DNA of 64,000 nucleotides from Eledone cirrhosa (Eukaryota): positions 1 through 64,000 of the forward strand of contig CAXHJY010000736.1 in NCBI GenBank assembly GCA_964016885.1, read 5' to 3'. Under the pieces are notes generated by a model. It was not told where the DNA came from, made no database searches, and was given only the letters and a program-made list of their open reading frames with translations. The position numbers and the translations under genes are program-made. Positions 26,528 to 42,400 of this stretch are shown piece by piece (positions within the stretch are counted from its first letter, which is position 1; every line of letters starts with the position of its first letter).

Positions 26528-29500
26528 CTACCACCACTGTTTAGTACCACTACTACTGTTTAGTACCACTACTACTGTTTATTACCACTACCATTGTTTA
26601 GTACCACTACTACTGTTTAGTACCACTACTACTGTTTATTACAACTACCACTGTTTATTACAACTACCACTGATTAGTACCTCTACCACTGATTAGTACC
26701 TCTACCACTGTTTAGTACCACTACCATTGTTTAGTACCACTACCACTGTTTAACCCCACTAATACTGTTTAACACCACTATCACTTTTTAGTACCACTAC
26801 CACTGTTTAGTAGTACCACTACTACTGTTTAGTAGTACCACTATGGCTGTTTATTACTTCTACTACTGTTTAGTAGTACCACTATCACTGTTTTGTACCA
26901 CTACTACCACTGTTTAGTACCACTACTACTGTTTAGTACCACTACTACTGTTTAGTAGTACCACTACTACTGTTTAGTACCACTACCACTGTTTAGTACC
27001 TCTACCACAGTTTAGTAAAACTATCACTGTTTAGTACCACTACCACTGGTTAGTAGTACAACTACCACTGATTAGTAGTACCACTACCACAGTTTAGTAC
27101 CACTACTACTGTTTAGTACCACTACTACTCATTAGTACCACTACCACTCATTAGTACCACTACCACTGATTACTACCACTACCACTGTTTAGTACCACAA
27201 CTACTGTTTAGTAACACTACCTCTTTTTAGTACCACTACCACTGTTTAGTAGTACCGCCGTTTAGAACAATTACTAGTGTTTAGTATGACTACTACTGTT
27301 TAGTATCACTACTACTGTTTAGTACAACTACTACTATTTAGTACCACTACCACTGTTTAGTAGGACTACCACTCTTTAGTACCACTACTACTGTTGAGTA
27401 CCACTACCACTGTTTAGTACCATTACTACTGTTTAGTAATACCACTACTACTGTTTAGTACCACTACCACAGTTTAGTACCACTACTACTGTTTAGTACA
27501 ACTACTACTGTTTAGTACCACTACCACTGTTTAGTACCACTACCACTGTTTAGTACCACTACCACTGTTTAGTACCACAACCACTGTTTACTACCACTAC
27601 CACTGTTTAGTAGTACCACTACCACTGTTTAGTAGTACCACTACTACTGTTTAGTACCACTACCACTGTTTAGTACCACTACCACTGTTTAGTACCACTA
27701 CCACTGTTTAGTAGTACCACTACTACTGTTTAGTACCACTACTACTGTTTAGTAGTACCACTACTACTGTTTAGTACCACTACTACTGTTTAGTAGTACC
27801 ACTACTACTGTTTAGTAACACTACTACTATTTAGTAGTACCACTACTACTGTTTAGTAGTACCACTACTATTGTTTAGTACCACTACCACTGTTTAGTAC
27901 CACTATGACTCTTTAGTACCACTACCACTGATTAGTACCACTACCACTTTAGTACCACTACCACTGTTAAGTACCACTACCACTGTTTAGTACCACTACC
28001 ACTGATTATTACCACTACTACTGTTTAGTAACACTACCACTGTTTAGTAACACTTACTGTTTATTACCACTACTACTGTTTAGTAACACTACTACTGATT
28101 AGTACCACTACCACTGATTACTACCACTACCACTGTTTAGTAACACTACCACTTTTTAGTACCACTACTACTGTTTAGTACCACTACCACTGTTTAGTAG
28201 TACTACCACTGTTTACTAGTACCACTACCACTGTTTAGTACCACTACCAATGTTTAGTACCACTACCACTGTTTAGTATCAATTCTACTGTTTAGTACCA
28301 CTACTACTGTTTAGTACCACTACTACTGTTTAGTACCACTACTACTGTTTAATACCACTACCACTGTTTAGTAGTACCACCGTTTAGTACAACTAGTAGT
28401 GTTTAGTATCACTACTACTGTTTAGTGTCAGTCCTACTGTTTAGTACCAGTACTACTGTTTAGTACCAGTACTACTGTTTAGTACCAGTACTACTGTTTA
28501 GTACCAGTACTACTGTTTAGTACCACTACCACTGTTTAGTAACACTAACACTGTTTAGTAACACCACTAGTACTGTTTAGTACCATTACTTCTGTTTAGT
28601 ACCACTACCACTTTTTAGTACCACTACCACTGTTTAGTAGTACCACTACTACTGTTTAGTAACACTATTACTGTTTAGTACCACTACTACTGTATAGTAC
28701 CACTGTCACTGTTTAGTAGTACCACTGTCACTGTTTAGTAGTACCACTATGGCAGTTTAGTACTTCTACTACCACTGATTAGTAGTACCACTACCATAGT
28801 TTAGTACCACTACTACTGTTTAGTACCACTACAACTGTTTAGTACCACTACTACTGTTTAGTGCCACTACCACTGTTTATTACCATTACTATTTTTTAGT
28901 ACCACTACCACTGTTTAGTACCACTGCTACTGTTTAGTACCACTGCTAGTTTAGTACTACTACCACGACTGTTTAGTACCACTACTACTGTTTAATAAAC
29001 TACTACTGTTTAGTAACACTACTACTGTTTAGTAACACTACTACTGTTTAGTAACACTACTACTGTTTAGTAACACTACTACTGTTTATTACCACTACCA
29101 TTGTTTAGTACCACTACCAGAATTTAGTACCACTAGCACTGTTTAGTACCACCACCAGTTTATTACCATTACTACTGTTTAGTACCATTACCACTGTTTA
29201 GTACCACTACTACTGTTTAGTACCACTACTACTGTTTATTTGCACTACCAATGTTTAGTGCCACTACCACTGTTTAGTACCACTACCAGAGTTTAGTATC
29301 ACTACCACTGTTTAGTGTCACTACTACTGTTTAGTACAACTACCACTGTTTAGTACCACTACCATTGTTTATTACCATTACTACTGTTTAGTACAACTAC
29401 CACTGTTTAGTACCACTACCCCTGATTAGTAGCACCACTACTGCTGTTTAGAACCACTAGCATTGTTTAGTACCACTATCACTGATTAGTAGTACCACTA

Positions 29501-30305
29501 CCACTGTTTAGTACCACTACTACTGTTTAGTACCACTAAATCTGTTTAGTACCACTACCACTGTTCAGTATCATTACCACTATTTAGTACCACTACTACT
29601 GTTTATTACCACTACTACTGTTTAGTAGTACCACCGTTTAGTACAACCACCACTGTTTAGTACCACTACCGCTGTTTAGTACCACTACCGCTGTTTAGTA
29701 CCACTACCACTGTTTAGTACCACTACCATTGTTTAATATCACTACTACTGTTTAGTACAACTACCACTGTTTAGTACCACTACCATTGTTTAGTACCACC
29801 ACTACTGTTTAGTACCACTACCATTGTTTAGTACCACTACCACTGATTAGGAGCACCACTACCACTGTTTAGTAGCACCACTACCACTGTTTAATACCAC
29901 TACAACAGTTTAGTACCACTACTACTGTTTAGTAGTACTACCACTCATTAGTACCACTAGCATTGTTTAGTACCACTACCATTGGTTAGTAGTACAACTA
30001 CCACTGATTAGTAGCACCACTACCACTTTTTCGTAGCACCAGTACTACTGTTTAGTACCACTACTACTGTTTAGTACCACTACTACTGTTTTGTACCACT
30101 ACTACTGTTTAGTACCACTACTACTGTTTAGTACCACTACTACTGTTTAGTACCACTACCACTGTTTAGTACAACTACTATTGTTTAGTACCACTACCAC
30201 TGTTTAGTACCACTACCACTGTTTAGTACCACTACTACTGTTTAGTACCACTACTACTGTTTAGTACCACTACTACTGTTTTGTACCACTACTACTATTA
30301 GTACT

Positions 30306-30481
30306 ATATCGGTGTACTGGTGTGTATGAATGTAACAAAGACGATTAGGTTTGTGTGTAGAATATTTAATCAACAATTTGTGGATATATAGAACAGTATA
30401 GTTGCCATGTCAAAGAAATAGATGAAAGAATGAAGCAGAGTTATTAGTTACTGTTTGATTGCCAGACGAACGTGGCAACTA
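30306..30481. other. Unique non-satellite island, copy 2
   Basis: Appears identical by eye to 26352-26527. Confidence 0.95.
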
Positions 30482-33400
30482 CTACCACCACTGTTTAGTA
30501 CCACTACTACTGTTTAGTACCACTACTACTGTTTATTACCACTACCATTGTTTAGTACCACTACTACTGTTTAGTACCACTACTACTGTTTATTACAACT
30601 ACCACTGTTTAGTACCACTACTACTGTTTAGTAACACTACCACTTTTTAGTACCACTACTACTGTTTAGTACCACTACCACTGTTTAGTAGTACTACCGC
30701 TGTTTAGTACCACTACCACTGTTTAGTATCAATTATACTGTTTAGTAGCACTACTAATGTTTATTACCACTACCACTGTTTAGTACCACTATCACTGTTA
30801 ATTACCACCACCACTGTTTAGTATCACTATCTCTGTTTATTATCAATTCTACTGTTTAGTACCACTACTACTGTTTACTACCACTACCAGTGTTTAGTAC
30901 CACTACCACTGATTAGTAGTACTACTACTATGGTTTAGTACCACTACCACTCTTTAGTACCACTTCCACTTATTAGTAGTACCACTACTACTGTTTAGTA
31001 CCACTACCACTGTTTAGTACCACTAGCATTGTTTAGTACCACTATCACTGATTAGTAGTACCACTACCACTGTTTAGTACCACTACCACTATTTAGTACC
31101 ACTCCTGCTGTTTAGTACCACTACTGCTGTTTAGTACCACTACCACTGTTTAGTACCACTACCACTGTTTAGTACCACTACCACTGATTACTAGTACCAC
31201 TACTACTGTTTAGTACCACTACTTCTGTTTAGTAGTTCTACCACTGTTTAGTACCACTATCACTGAGTAGTAGAACCACTACCACTCTTTAGTACCACTA
31301 CTACAGTTTAGTAGTACCACAGTTTAGAACCACTACAACTGTTTAGTACCACTACCACAGTTTAGTACCACTACCACTGTTTAGTACCACTACCACTGTT
31401 TAGTACCACTACCACTATTTAGTACCACTACCACTATTTAGTACCACTACCACTGATTAGTACCAATACCACTGTTTAGTAGCACCACTAACACAGTTTA
31501 GTACCACTACTACTGTTTGGTACCACTACTACTGTTTAGTACCACTACTACTGTTTACTACCACTACTACTGTTTAGTAGTACTACCACTGTTTAGTACC
31601 ACTACCACAGTTTCGTACCACTACCACAGTTTAGTACCACTACTACAGTTTAGTAGCACTAAAACTGATTAGTAGTACCACTACTACTGTTTAGTACCAA
31701 TACCACTGTTTAGTACCACTACTAGATTAGTACCACTATCACTGATTAGTACCACTATCACTGATTAGTACCACTACCACTGTTTAGTACCACTACTACT
31801 GTTTAGTAACACTACCACTTTTTAGTACCACTACTAATGTTTAGTACCACTACCACTGTTTAGTAGTACTACTAAAGTTTACTAGTACCATTACCACTGT
31901 TTAGTACCACTACCACTGTTTAGTACCACTACCACTGATTAGTAGTACTACTACTACTGTTTAGTACCACTACCACTGATTAGTAGTACTACTACCACTG
32001 ATTATTACCACTACCCCTGATTAGTAGCACCATTAACGCTGTTTAGTGCCACTACCACTGTTTAGTACCAGTACTACTGTTTAGTACCACTACAACTGTT
32101 TAGTACCACTACCACAGTTTAATACAACCACCACTGTTTAGTACCATTACCACTATTTAGTACCACTACCACTGATTAGTAGCACCACTACCACTGTTTA
32201 GTAGCACCACTACCACAGTTTACTACCACTACTACTGTTTGGTACCACTACTACTGTTTAGTAGTACTACCAGTTTAGTACCACTACCACAGTTTAGTAC
32301 CACTACTACAGTTTAGTACCACTAAAACTGATTAGTAGTACCACTACTACTGTTTAGTATCAATAACGCTGATTAGTACCACTACCACTGTTTAGTACCA
32401 CTATACTGTTTAGTACCACTACTAGATTAGTACCACTACCACTGATTAGTAGTACCACTACCACTGTTTAGTACCACTACCACTGATTAATACCATTACC
32501 ACTGTCTAGTACCACTGGCCCTGATTAGTAGCACCATTACCGCTGTTTAGTACCACTACCACTGTTTAGTACCACTACCACTGTTTAGAACCACTACCAC
32601 TGTTTATTACCACTACCACTGATTAGTAGTACCACTACCACTGTTTAGTACCACTGACATTGTTTAGTACCACTCCCACTGTTTAGTTGTACCATTGTAT
32701 AGTACAACTACCACTGTTTAGTACCACTTCTACTGTTTAGTACCACCATTACTGTTTAGTACCACTACTACTGTTTAGTAGTGCCACCGTTTAGTACAAC
32801 CACCACTGTTTACTACCAATACCACTTATTAGTAGCACCACTACCACTGTTTAGTAGCACCACTACCACAGTTTAGTACCATTACTACTGTTTGGTACCA
32901 CTACTAATGTTTGGTACCACTACTACTATTTAGTAGTACTACCACTGTTTAGTACCACTAGCATTATTTAGTACCACTATCACTTTTTAGTACCACTATC
33001 ACTGATTAGTAGTACCACTACCACTCATTAGTAGTACCACTACCACTCATTAGTAGTACCGCTACTACTATTTAGTACAACTACCATTGATTAGTAAACT
33101 ACCACTGTTTAGTACCACTATCACTGTTTAGTACCACTACCACTTGTTAGTAGTACAACTACCACTGATTAGTAGTAACACTACTACTGTTGAATACCAA
33201 TACCACTGATTAGTACCACTACCACTGTTTAGTACCACTACAAATGTTAAGTATTACTACCACAGTTTACTAGTATCACTACCACTGTTTAGTATCAATT
33301 CTAATGTTTAGTACTACTACTACTGCTGTTTATTACCACTACCACTGATTAGTAGTACCACTACCACTGTTTAGTACCAGTACCACTGATTAGTAGTACT

Positions 33401-36400
33401 TCTACTATGGTTTAGTACCACTACCACTGTTTAGTATCACTACCACTGTTTAGTACCACTACCACTGTTTAGTACCACTACCACTGATTAGTAGTACCAC
33501 TACTACTGTTTAGTACCACTAGCACTAATTAGTACCACTACCACTGTTTAGTACCAGTACCACTGATTAGTATTAACACTACAACGGTATAGTACCACTA
33601 CCACAGTTTAGTACCACTACCATTGCTTAGTACGACTACCACAGTTTAGTACCACTACCACAGTTTAGTACCACTAATACTGTTTAATACCACTACTACT
33701 GCTTAGTACCTCTACCACTGTTTAGTACCTCTACCACTGTTTAGTACCTCTACCACTGTTTAGTACCACTACCCTTGTTTAGTACAACTACAACTGTTTA
33801 GTAGAACCATTACCACTGTTTAGTACCACTACTGTTTAGTACCACTACCGTTTAGTATCACTACCACTGTTTAGTACCTCTACCATTGTTTAGTACCACT
33901 ACTGTTTAGTATCACTACTACTGTTTAGTACCACTACCACACTTTAGTACCGCTACCACTGATTAGTAGTACCACTACCACTGTTTAGTACCACTACCAC
34001 TGTTTAGTACCTCTACTACTGCTTAGTACCTCTACCACCGTTTAGTACCACTACCCCTGTTTAGTACAGCTACCACTGATTAGTAGAACCACTACTAATG
34101 TTTAGTAACACTACCACTGTTTAGTACCACTACCACTGATTAGTACCACTAGTGTTTAGTATCACTACTATTGTTTAGTACCACTACTACAGTTTAGTAG
34201 TACCAGTTTAGTACCACTACAACTGTTTAGTACCACTACCATGGTTTAGTACCACTACCACTGTTTAGTACCACTACTACTGCTTAGTACAACTACAACT
34301 GTTTAGTACCACTACTATTGTTTAGTACCACCACTACTGTTTAGTACCACTACCACTGTTTGTACCAATACCACTGATTAGTAACACCACTACCACTGTT
34401 TAGTACCACTAGCATTGTTTAGTACCACTACCACTGATTAGTACACTACCACTGTTTAGTACCACTATCACTGTTTAGTACCACTACCACTGGTTAGTAG
34501 TACCACTACCACAGTTTAGTACCACTACTACTGTTTAGTACCACTACTACTGTTTAGTACCAATACAATTGTTTAGTACCACTACCACTGTTTAGTACCA
34601 CTACTATTGTTTAGTACCACTACCACCGTTTAGTACCACTACTACTGATTAGTACCACTACCACTGTTTAGTACCACTACCACTGTTTTGTTTAGTAACA
34701 CTACCAATTTTTAGTAACAATACTACTGTTTAGTACCACTACCACTGTTTAGTACCACTAACACTGTTTAGTACCACTAACACTGTTTAGTACCACTGCC
34801 ACTGTTTAGTACCAGTACCACTAATTAGTAGTACTGCTACTATGGTTTAGTACCACTACCACCCTTTAGTACCACTACTGTTTAGTATCACTACCACTGT
34901 TTAGTACCACTACCACTGTTTAGTACCACTACCACTGTTTACTACCACTACCCCTGTTTAGTAGTACCACTACCACTATTTAGCACCACTACCACTGTTT
35001 AGTACCACTACCACTGTTAGTACCACTACCACTGTTTAGTACCACTACCACTGTTTAGTACCACTACTACTGTTTCATACCACTACTACTGTTTAGTACC
35101 ACTACTACTGTTTAGTACCACTACTACCGTTTAGTACCACTACTACTGTTTAGTACCACTACTACTGTTTAGTACCACTACTACTGTTTAGTACCACTAC
35201 CACTGTTTAGTACCACTACAACTGCTTAGTAAAAACCACTACCACTGTTTAGTACCATTACCACTGTTTAGTGCCACTACCACTGATTAGTACCACTACC
35301 ACTGTTTAGTACCACTACTACTGTTTAGTACCACTACCACTGTTTAGTACCACTACCACTGTTTAGTACCACTATCACTGTTTAGTAGTACCACTACTAC
35401 TGTTTAGTACCACTACCACTGATTAATACCACGACCACTATTAATACCAGTACCACTGATTAGTAGTAACACTACTACGGTTTAGTACCACTACCACTGT
35501 TTAGTATCACTACCAGTGTTTAGTACCACTACTGTTTAGTACCACTACCACAGTTTAGTACCACCACTACTGTTTAGTACCACTACTACTGCTTAGTACT
35601 TCTACGACTGTTTAGTATCACTACATCTGTTTACTACCACTACCCCTGTTTCGTAGTACCACTACCATTGTTTACTACAACTACCACTGTTTACTACCAC
35701 TACCACTGTTTAGTACGACTACCACTACCACTGTTTAGTAAAACTACTACTGTTTAGTACCTCAACTACTGTTTAGTACCGCTACCAATGTTTAGTACCA
35801 CTACTACTGTTTAGTACCACTACCACTGTTTAGTACCACTAGCACTAATTAGTACCACTACCACTGTTTAGTACCAGTACCACTGATTAGTAGTAACACT
35901 ACAACGGTATAGTACCACTACCACAGTTTAGTACCACTACCATTGCTTAGTACGACTACCACAGTTTAGTACCACTACCACAGTTTAGTACCACTAATAC
36001 TGTTTAATACCACTACTACTGCTTAGTACCTCTACCACTGTTTAGTACCTCTACCACTGTTTAGTACCACTACCCTTGTTTAGTACAACTACAACTGTTT
36101 AGTAGAACCATTACCACTGTTTAGTACCACTACTGTTTAGTACCACTACCGTTTAGTATCACTACCACTGTTTAGTACCTCTACCATTGTTTAGTACCAC
36201 TACTGTTTAGTATCACTACTACTGTTTAGTACCACTACCACACTTTAGTACCGCTACCACTGATTAGTAGTACCACTACCACTGTTTAGTACCACTACCA
36301 CTGTTTAGTACCTCTACTACTGCTTAGTACCTCTACCACCGTTTAGTACCACTACCCCTGTTTAGTACAGCTACCACTGATTAGTAGAACCACTACTACT

Positions 36401-39400
36401 GTTTAGTAACACTACCACTGTTTAGTACCACTACCACTGATTAGTACCACTAGTGTTTAGTATCACTACTATTGTTTAGTACCACTACTACAGTTTAGTA
36501 GTACCAGTTTAGTACCACTACAACTGTTTAGTACCACTACCATGGTTTAGTACCACTACCACTGTTTAGTACCACTACTACTGCTTAGTACAACTACAAC
36601 TGTTTAGTACCACTACTATTGTTTAGTACCACCACTACTGTTTAGTACCACTACCACTGTTTGTACCAATACCACTGATTAGTAACACCACTACCACTGT
36701 TTTGTACCACTAGCATTGTTTAGTACCACTACCACTGATTAGTACACTACCACTGTTTAGTACCACTATCACTGTTTAGTACCACTACCACTGGTTAGTA
36801 GTACCACTACCACAGTTTAGTACCACTACTACTGTTTAGTACCACTACTACTGTTTAGTACCAATACAATTGTTTAGTACCACTACCACTGTTTAGTACC
36901 ACTACTATTGTTTAGTACCACTACCACCGTTTAGTACCACTACTACTGATTAGTACCACTACCACTGTTTAGTACCACTACCACTGTTTTGTTTAGTAAC
37001 ACTACCACTTTTTAGTAACAATACTACTGTTTAGTACCACTACCACTGTTTAGTACCACTAACACTGTTTAGTACCACTGCCACTGTTTAGTACCAGTAC
37101 CACTAATTAGTAGTACTGCTACTATGGTTTAGTACCACTACCACCCTTTAGTACCACTACTGTTTAGTATCACTACCACTGTTTAGTACCACTACCACTG
37201 TTTAGTACCACTACCACTGTTTACTACCACTACCCCTGTTTAGTAGTACCACTACCACTATTTAGCACCACTACCACTGTTTAGTACCACTACTCTTTAG
37301 TACCACTACCACTGTTAGTACCACTACCACTGTTTAGTACCACTACCACTGTTTAGTACCACTACCACTGTTTCATACCACTACTACTGTTTAGTACCAC
37401 TACTACTGTTTAGTACCACTACTACTGTTTAGTACCACTACTACTGTTTAGTACCACTACCACTGTTTAGTACCACTACAAATGCTTAGTAAAAACCACT
37501 ACCACTGTTTAGTACCATTACCACTGTTTAGTGCCACTACCACTGATTAGTACCACTACCACTGTTTAGTACCACTACTACTGTTTAGTACCACTACCAC
37601 TGTTTAGTACCACTACCACTGTTTAGTACCACTATCACTGTTTAGTAGTACCACTACTACTGTTTAGTACCACTACCACTGATTAATACCACGACCACTA
37701 TTAATACCAGTACCACTGATTAGTAGTAACACTACTACGGTTTAGTACCACTACCACTGTTTAGTATCACTACCAGTGTTTAGTACCACTACTGTTTAGT
37801 ACCACTACCACAGTTTAGTACCACCACTACTGTTTAGTACCACTACTACTGCTTAGTACTTCTACGACTGTTTAGTATCACTACATCTGTTTACTACCAC
37901 TACCCCTGTTTCGTAGTACCACTACCATTGTTTACTACAACTACCACTGTTTACTACCACTACCACTGTTTAGTACGACTACCACTACCACTGTTTAGTA
38001 AAACTACTACTGTTTAGTACCTCAACTACTGTTTAGTACCGCTACCAATGTTTAGTACCACTACTACTGTTTAGTACAACTACCACTGTTTAGTACCACT
38101 ACTAATGTTTAGTACCACTACCACTGTTTAGTACCACTACCACTGATTAGTAGTACCACTATTACAGTTTAGTACCACTACTACTGTTTAGTACCACTAC
38201 TACAGTTTAGTACCACTACCACTGTTTCGTACCACTACCCCTGATTAGTACCACTACCACTGTTTAGTACCACTACCGCTGTTTAGTACTACTACTAATG
38301 TTTAGTACCACTACCACTGTTTAGTACCACTACCACTGATTAGTAGTACCACTATTACAGTTTAGTACCACTACTACTGTTTAGTACCACTACTACAGTT
38401 TAGTACCACTACCACTGTTTCGTACCACTACCCCTGATTAGTACCACTACCACTGTTTAGTACCACTACCACTGATTAGTAGTACCACTATTACAGTTTA
38501 GTACCACTACTACTGTTTAGTACCACTACTACAGTTTAGTACCACTACCACTGTTTCGTACCACTACCCCTGATTAGTACCACTACCACTGTTTAGTACC
38601 ACTACTACTGTTTAGTAGTTCTACCACTGTTTAGTACCACTAGCATTGTTTAGTACCACTATCACTGATTAGTTGTACCAATACCACTGTTTAGTACCAT
38701 TACAATTGTTTAGTACCAGTACCACTGTTTAGTATCACTACTACTGTTTAGTACCACTACAACTGTTTAGTACCACCACTACTGTTTAGTACAACTACCA
38801 CTGATTAGTAGTACCAATACCACGGTTTAGTAACACTACTACTGTTTAGTACCACTACTACTGTTTATTACCACTACCACTGTTTAGTACCACTACCACT
38901 GTTTAGTACCACTACTATAGTTTAGTACCACTACCACTGTTTAGTACCACTACTACTGTTTAGTACCACTACTACTGTTTAGTACCACTACTACTAATAT
39001 AGTACCATTACCACTGATTAGTACCATTACCACTGTTTAGTACTACTACTACTGTTTAGTAACACTACCAATTTTAGTACCACTACTACTGTTTAGTACC
39101 ACTACCACTGTTTAGTAGTACTACCACTGTTTAATAGTACCACTACCACTGTTAGGTAACAATTATACTGTTTAGTACCACTACTACTGTTTAGTAACAC
39201 TACCACTGTTTAGTACCACTAACACTGATTAGTAGTACTACTACTACTGTTTAGTACCACTACCACTGATTAGTAGTACTACTACTACTGTTTAGTACCA
39301 GTACCACTGATTAGTAGTACTACTACTATGGTTTAGTACCACTACCCCTGTTTAATACCACCACCACTATTTAGTACCACTACCACTGTTTTGTACCACT

Positions 39401-42400
39401 ACCACTGTTTTGTACCACTACCACTGTTTAGCACCACTAGCACTCATTAGTACCACTACCACTCATTAGTACCACTACCACTGTTTAGTACCACTGATTT
39501 GTAGTACCACTACCACAGTTTAGTACCACTACTACTGTTTAGTACCACTACCACTGATTAGAAGTACTACTACTACTGTTTAGTACCACTACCACTGATT
39601 AGTAGTACCACTACCACTGTTTAGTACGAGTACCACTGATTAGTATCACTACCACTGTTTTGTACCACTACCACTGTTTTGTACCACTACCACTGATTAG
39701 TAGTACCACTACCACTGATTAGTAGAACCACTACTACTGTTTAGTACCACTACCACCGTTTAGTACCACTACCACTGATTAGTAGTACCACTACTACTGT
39801 TTAGTACCACTACCACTGATTAGTACCACTACCACTGTTTAGTAGCAGTACCACAGATTTGTAGTACCACTGATTCGTAGTACCACTACCACAGTTTAGT
39901 ACCACGACTAGTGTTTAGTAGCACTACTACTGTTTAGTACCACTACTACTGTTCACTACCTCTACCACTGTTTAGTACCACTATCACTGTTTAGTAACAC
40001 TACTACTCTTTAGTACCACTACTATATTTATACCTCTACCACTGATTAGTACCACTACTACTGGTTAGTAACACTACCACTTTTTAGTACCACTACTGGT
40101 GTTTAGTACCACTACCACTGTTTCGTAGTACTACCACTGTTTACTAGTACCACTACCGCTGTTTAGTACCACTACCACTGTTTAGTACCACTACTATTGA
40201 TTAGTAGTACCACTACCACTATTTTGTACCAGTACCACTGATTAGTAGTACTACTACTATGGTTTAGTACCACTACTGTTTAGTATCTCTACCACTGTTT
40301 AGTAACACTACCACTGTTTAGTACCACTACCACTGATTAGTAGTACCACTACTACAATTTAGTACCACTCCCACAGTTTAGTTGTACCATTGTATAGTAC
40401 AACTACCACTGTTTAGTACCACTTCTACTGTTTAGTACCACCATTACTGTTTAGTACCACTACTACTGTTTAGTAGTGCCACCGTTTAGTACAACCACCA
40501 CTGTTTACTACCAATACCACTTATTAGTAGCACCACTACCACTGTTTAGTAGCACCACTACCACAGTTTAGTACCATTACTACTGTTTGGTACCACTACT
40601 AATGTTTGGTACCACTACTACTATTTAGTAGTACTACCACTGTTTAGTACCACTAGCATTGTTTAGTACCACTATCACTTTTTAGTACCACTATCACTGA
40701 TTAGTAGTACCACTACCACTCATTAGTAGTACCACTACCACTCATTAGTAGTACCGCTACTACTATTTAGTACAACTACCATTGATTAGTAAACTAACAC
40801 TGTTTAGTACCACTATCACTGTTTAGTAACACTACCACTTGTTAGTAGTACAACTACCACTGATTAGTAGTAACACTACTACTGTTTAATACCAATACCA
40901 CTGATTAGTACCACTACCACTGTTTAGTACCACTACAAATGTTAAGTATTACTACCACAGTTTACTAGTATCACTACCACTGTTTAGTATCAATTCTAAT
41001 GTTTAGTACTTCTACTACTGCTGTTTATTACCACTACCACTGATTAGTAGTACCACTACCACTGTTTAGTACCAGTACCACTGATTAGTAGTACTTCTAC
41101 TATGGTTTAGTACCACTACCACTGTTTAGTATCACTACCACTGTTTAGTACCACTACCACTGTTTAGTACCACTACCACTGATTAGTAGTACCACTACTA
41201 CTGTTTAGTACCACTAGCACTAATTAGTACCACTACCACTGTTTAGTACCAGTACCACTGATTAGTAGTAACACTACAACGGTATAGTACCACTACCACA
41301 GTTTAGTACCACTACCATTGCTTAGTACGACTACCACAGTTTAGTACCACTACCACAGTTTAGTACCACTAATACTGCTAAGTACCTCTACCACTGTTTA
41401 GTACCACTACCCTTGTTTAGTACAACTACAACTGGTTAGTAGAACCATTATAACTGTTTAGTACCACTACTGTTTAGTACCACTACCGTTTAGTATCACT
41501 ACCACTGTTTAGTACCTCTACCATTGTTTAGTACCACTACTGTTTAGTATCACTACTACTGTTTAGTACCACTACCACACTTTAGTAACGCTACCACTGA
41601 TTAGTAGTACCACTACCACTGTTTAGTACCACTACCACTGTTTAGTGCCACTACTACTGCTTAGTACCTCTACTACTGCTTAGTACCTCTACCACCGTTT
41701 AGTACCACTACCCCTGTTTAGTACAACTACCACTGATTAGTAGAACCACTACTACTGTTTAGTAACACTACCACTGTTTAGTACCAGTACCACTGATTAG
41801 TACCACTACTCTTTAGTACCACTACCACTGTTAGTACCACTACCACTGTTTAGTACCACTACCACTGTTTAGTACCACTACCACTGTTTAGTACCACTAC
41901 TACTGTTTAGTACCACTACTACTGTTTAGTACCACTACTACTGTTTAGTACCACTACCACTGTTTAGTACCACTACAACTGCTTAGTAGAACCACTACCA
42001 CTGTTTAGTACCATTACCACTGTTTAGTGCCACTACCACTGATTAGTACCACTATCACTGTTTAGTACCACTACCACTGATTAGTAGTACCACTACTACT
42101 GTTTAGTACCACTACCACTGATTAATACCACGACCACTATTAATACCAGTACCACTGATTAGTAGTAACACTACTACGGTTTAGTACCACTACCACTGTT
42201 TAGTATCACTACCAGTGTTTAGTACCACTACTGTTTAGTACCACTACCACAGTTTAGTACCACCACTACTGTTTAGTACCACCACTACTGTTTAGTACCA
42301 CTACTACTGCTCAGTACTTCTACGACTGTTTAGTATCACTACATCTGTTTACTACCACTACCCCTGTTTAGTAGTAAAACTACCATTGTTTACTACCACT

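Noticed and set aside
26505-26696. Duplicated ORF MPDERGNYYHHCL.. (also 30459..30650)
   Set aside because: It has a non-ATG start at the island edge and reads into satellite. The duplication is explained by the 4-kb block duplication.
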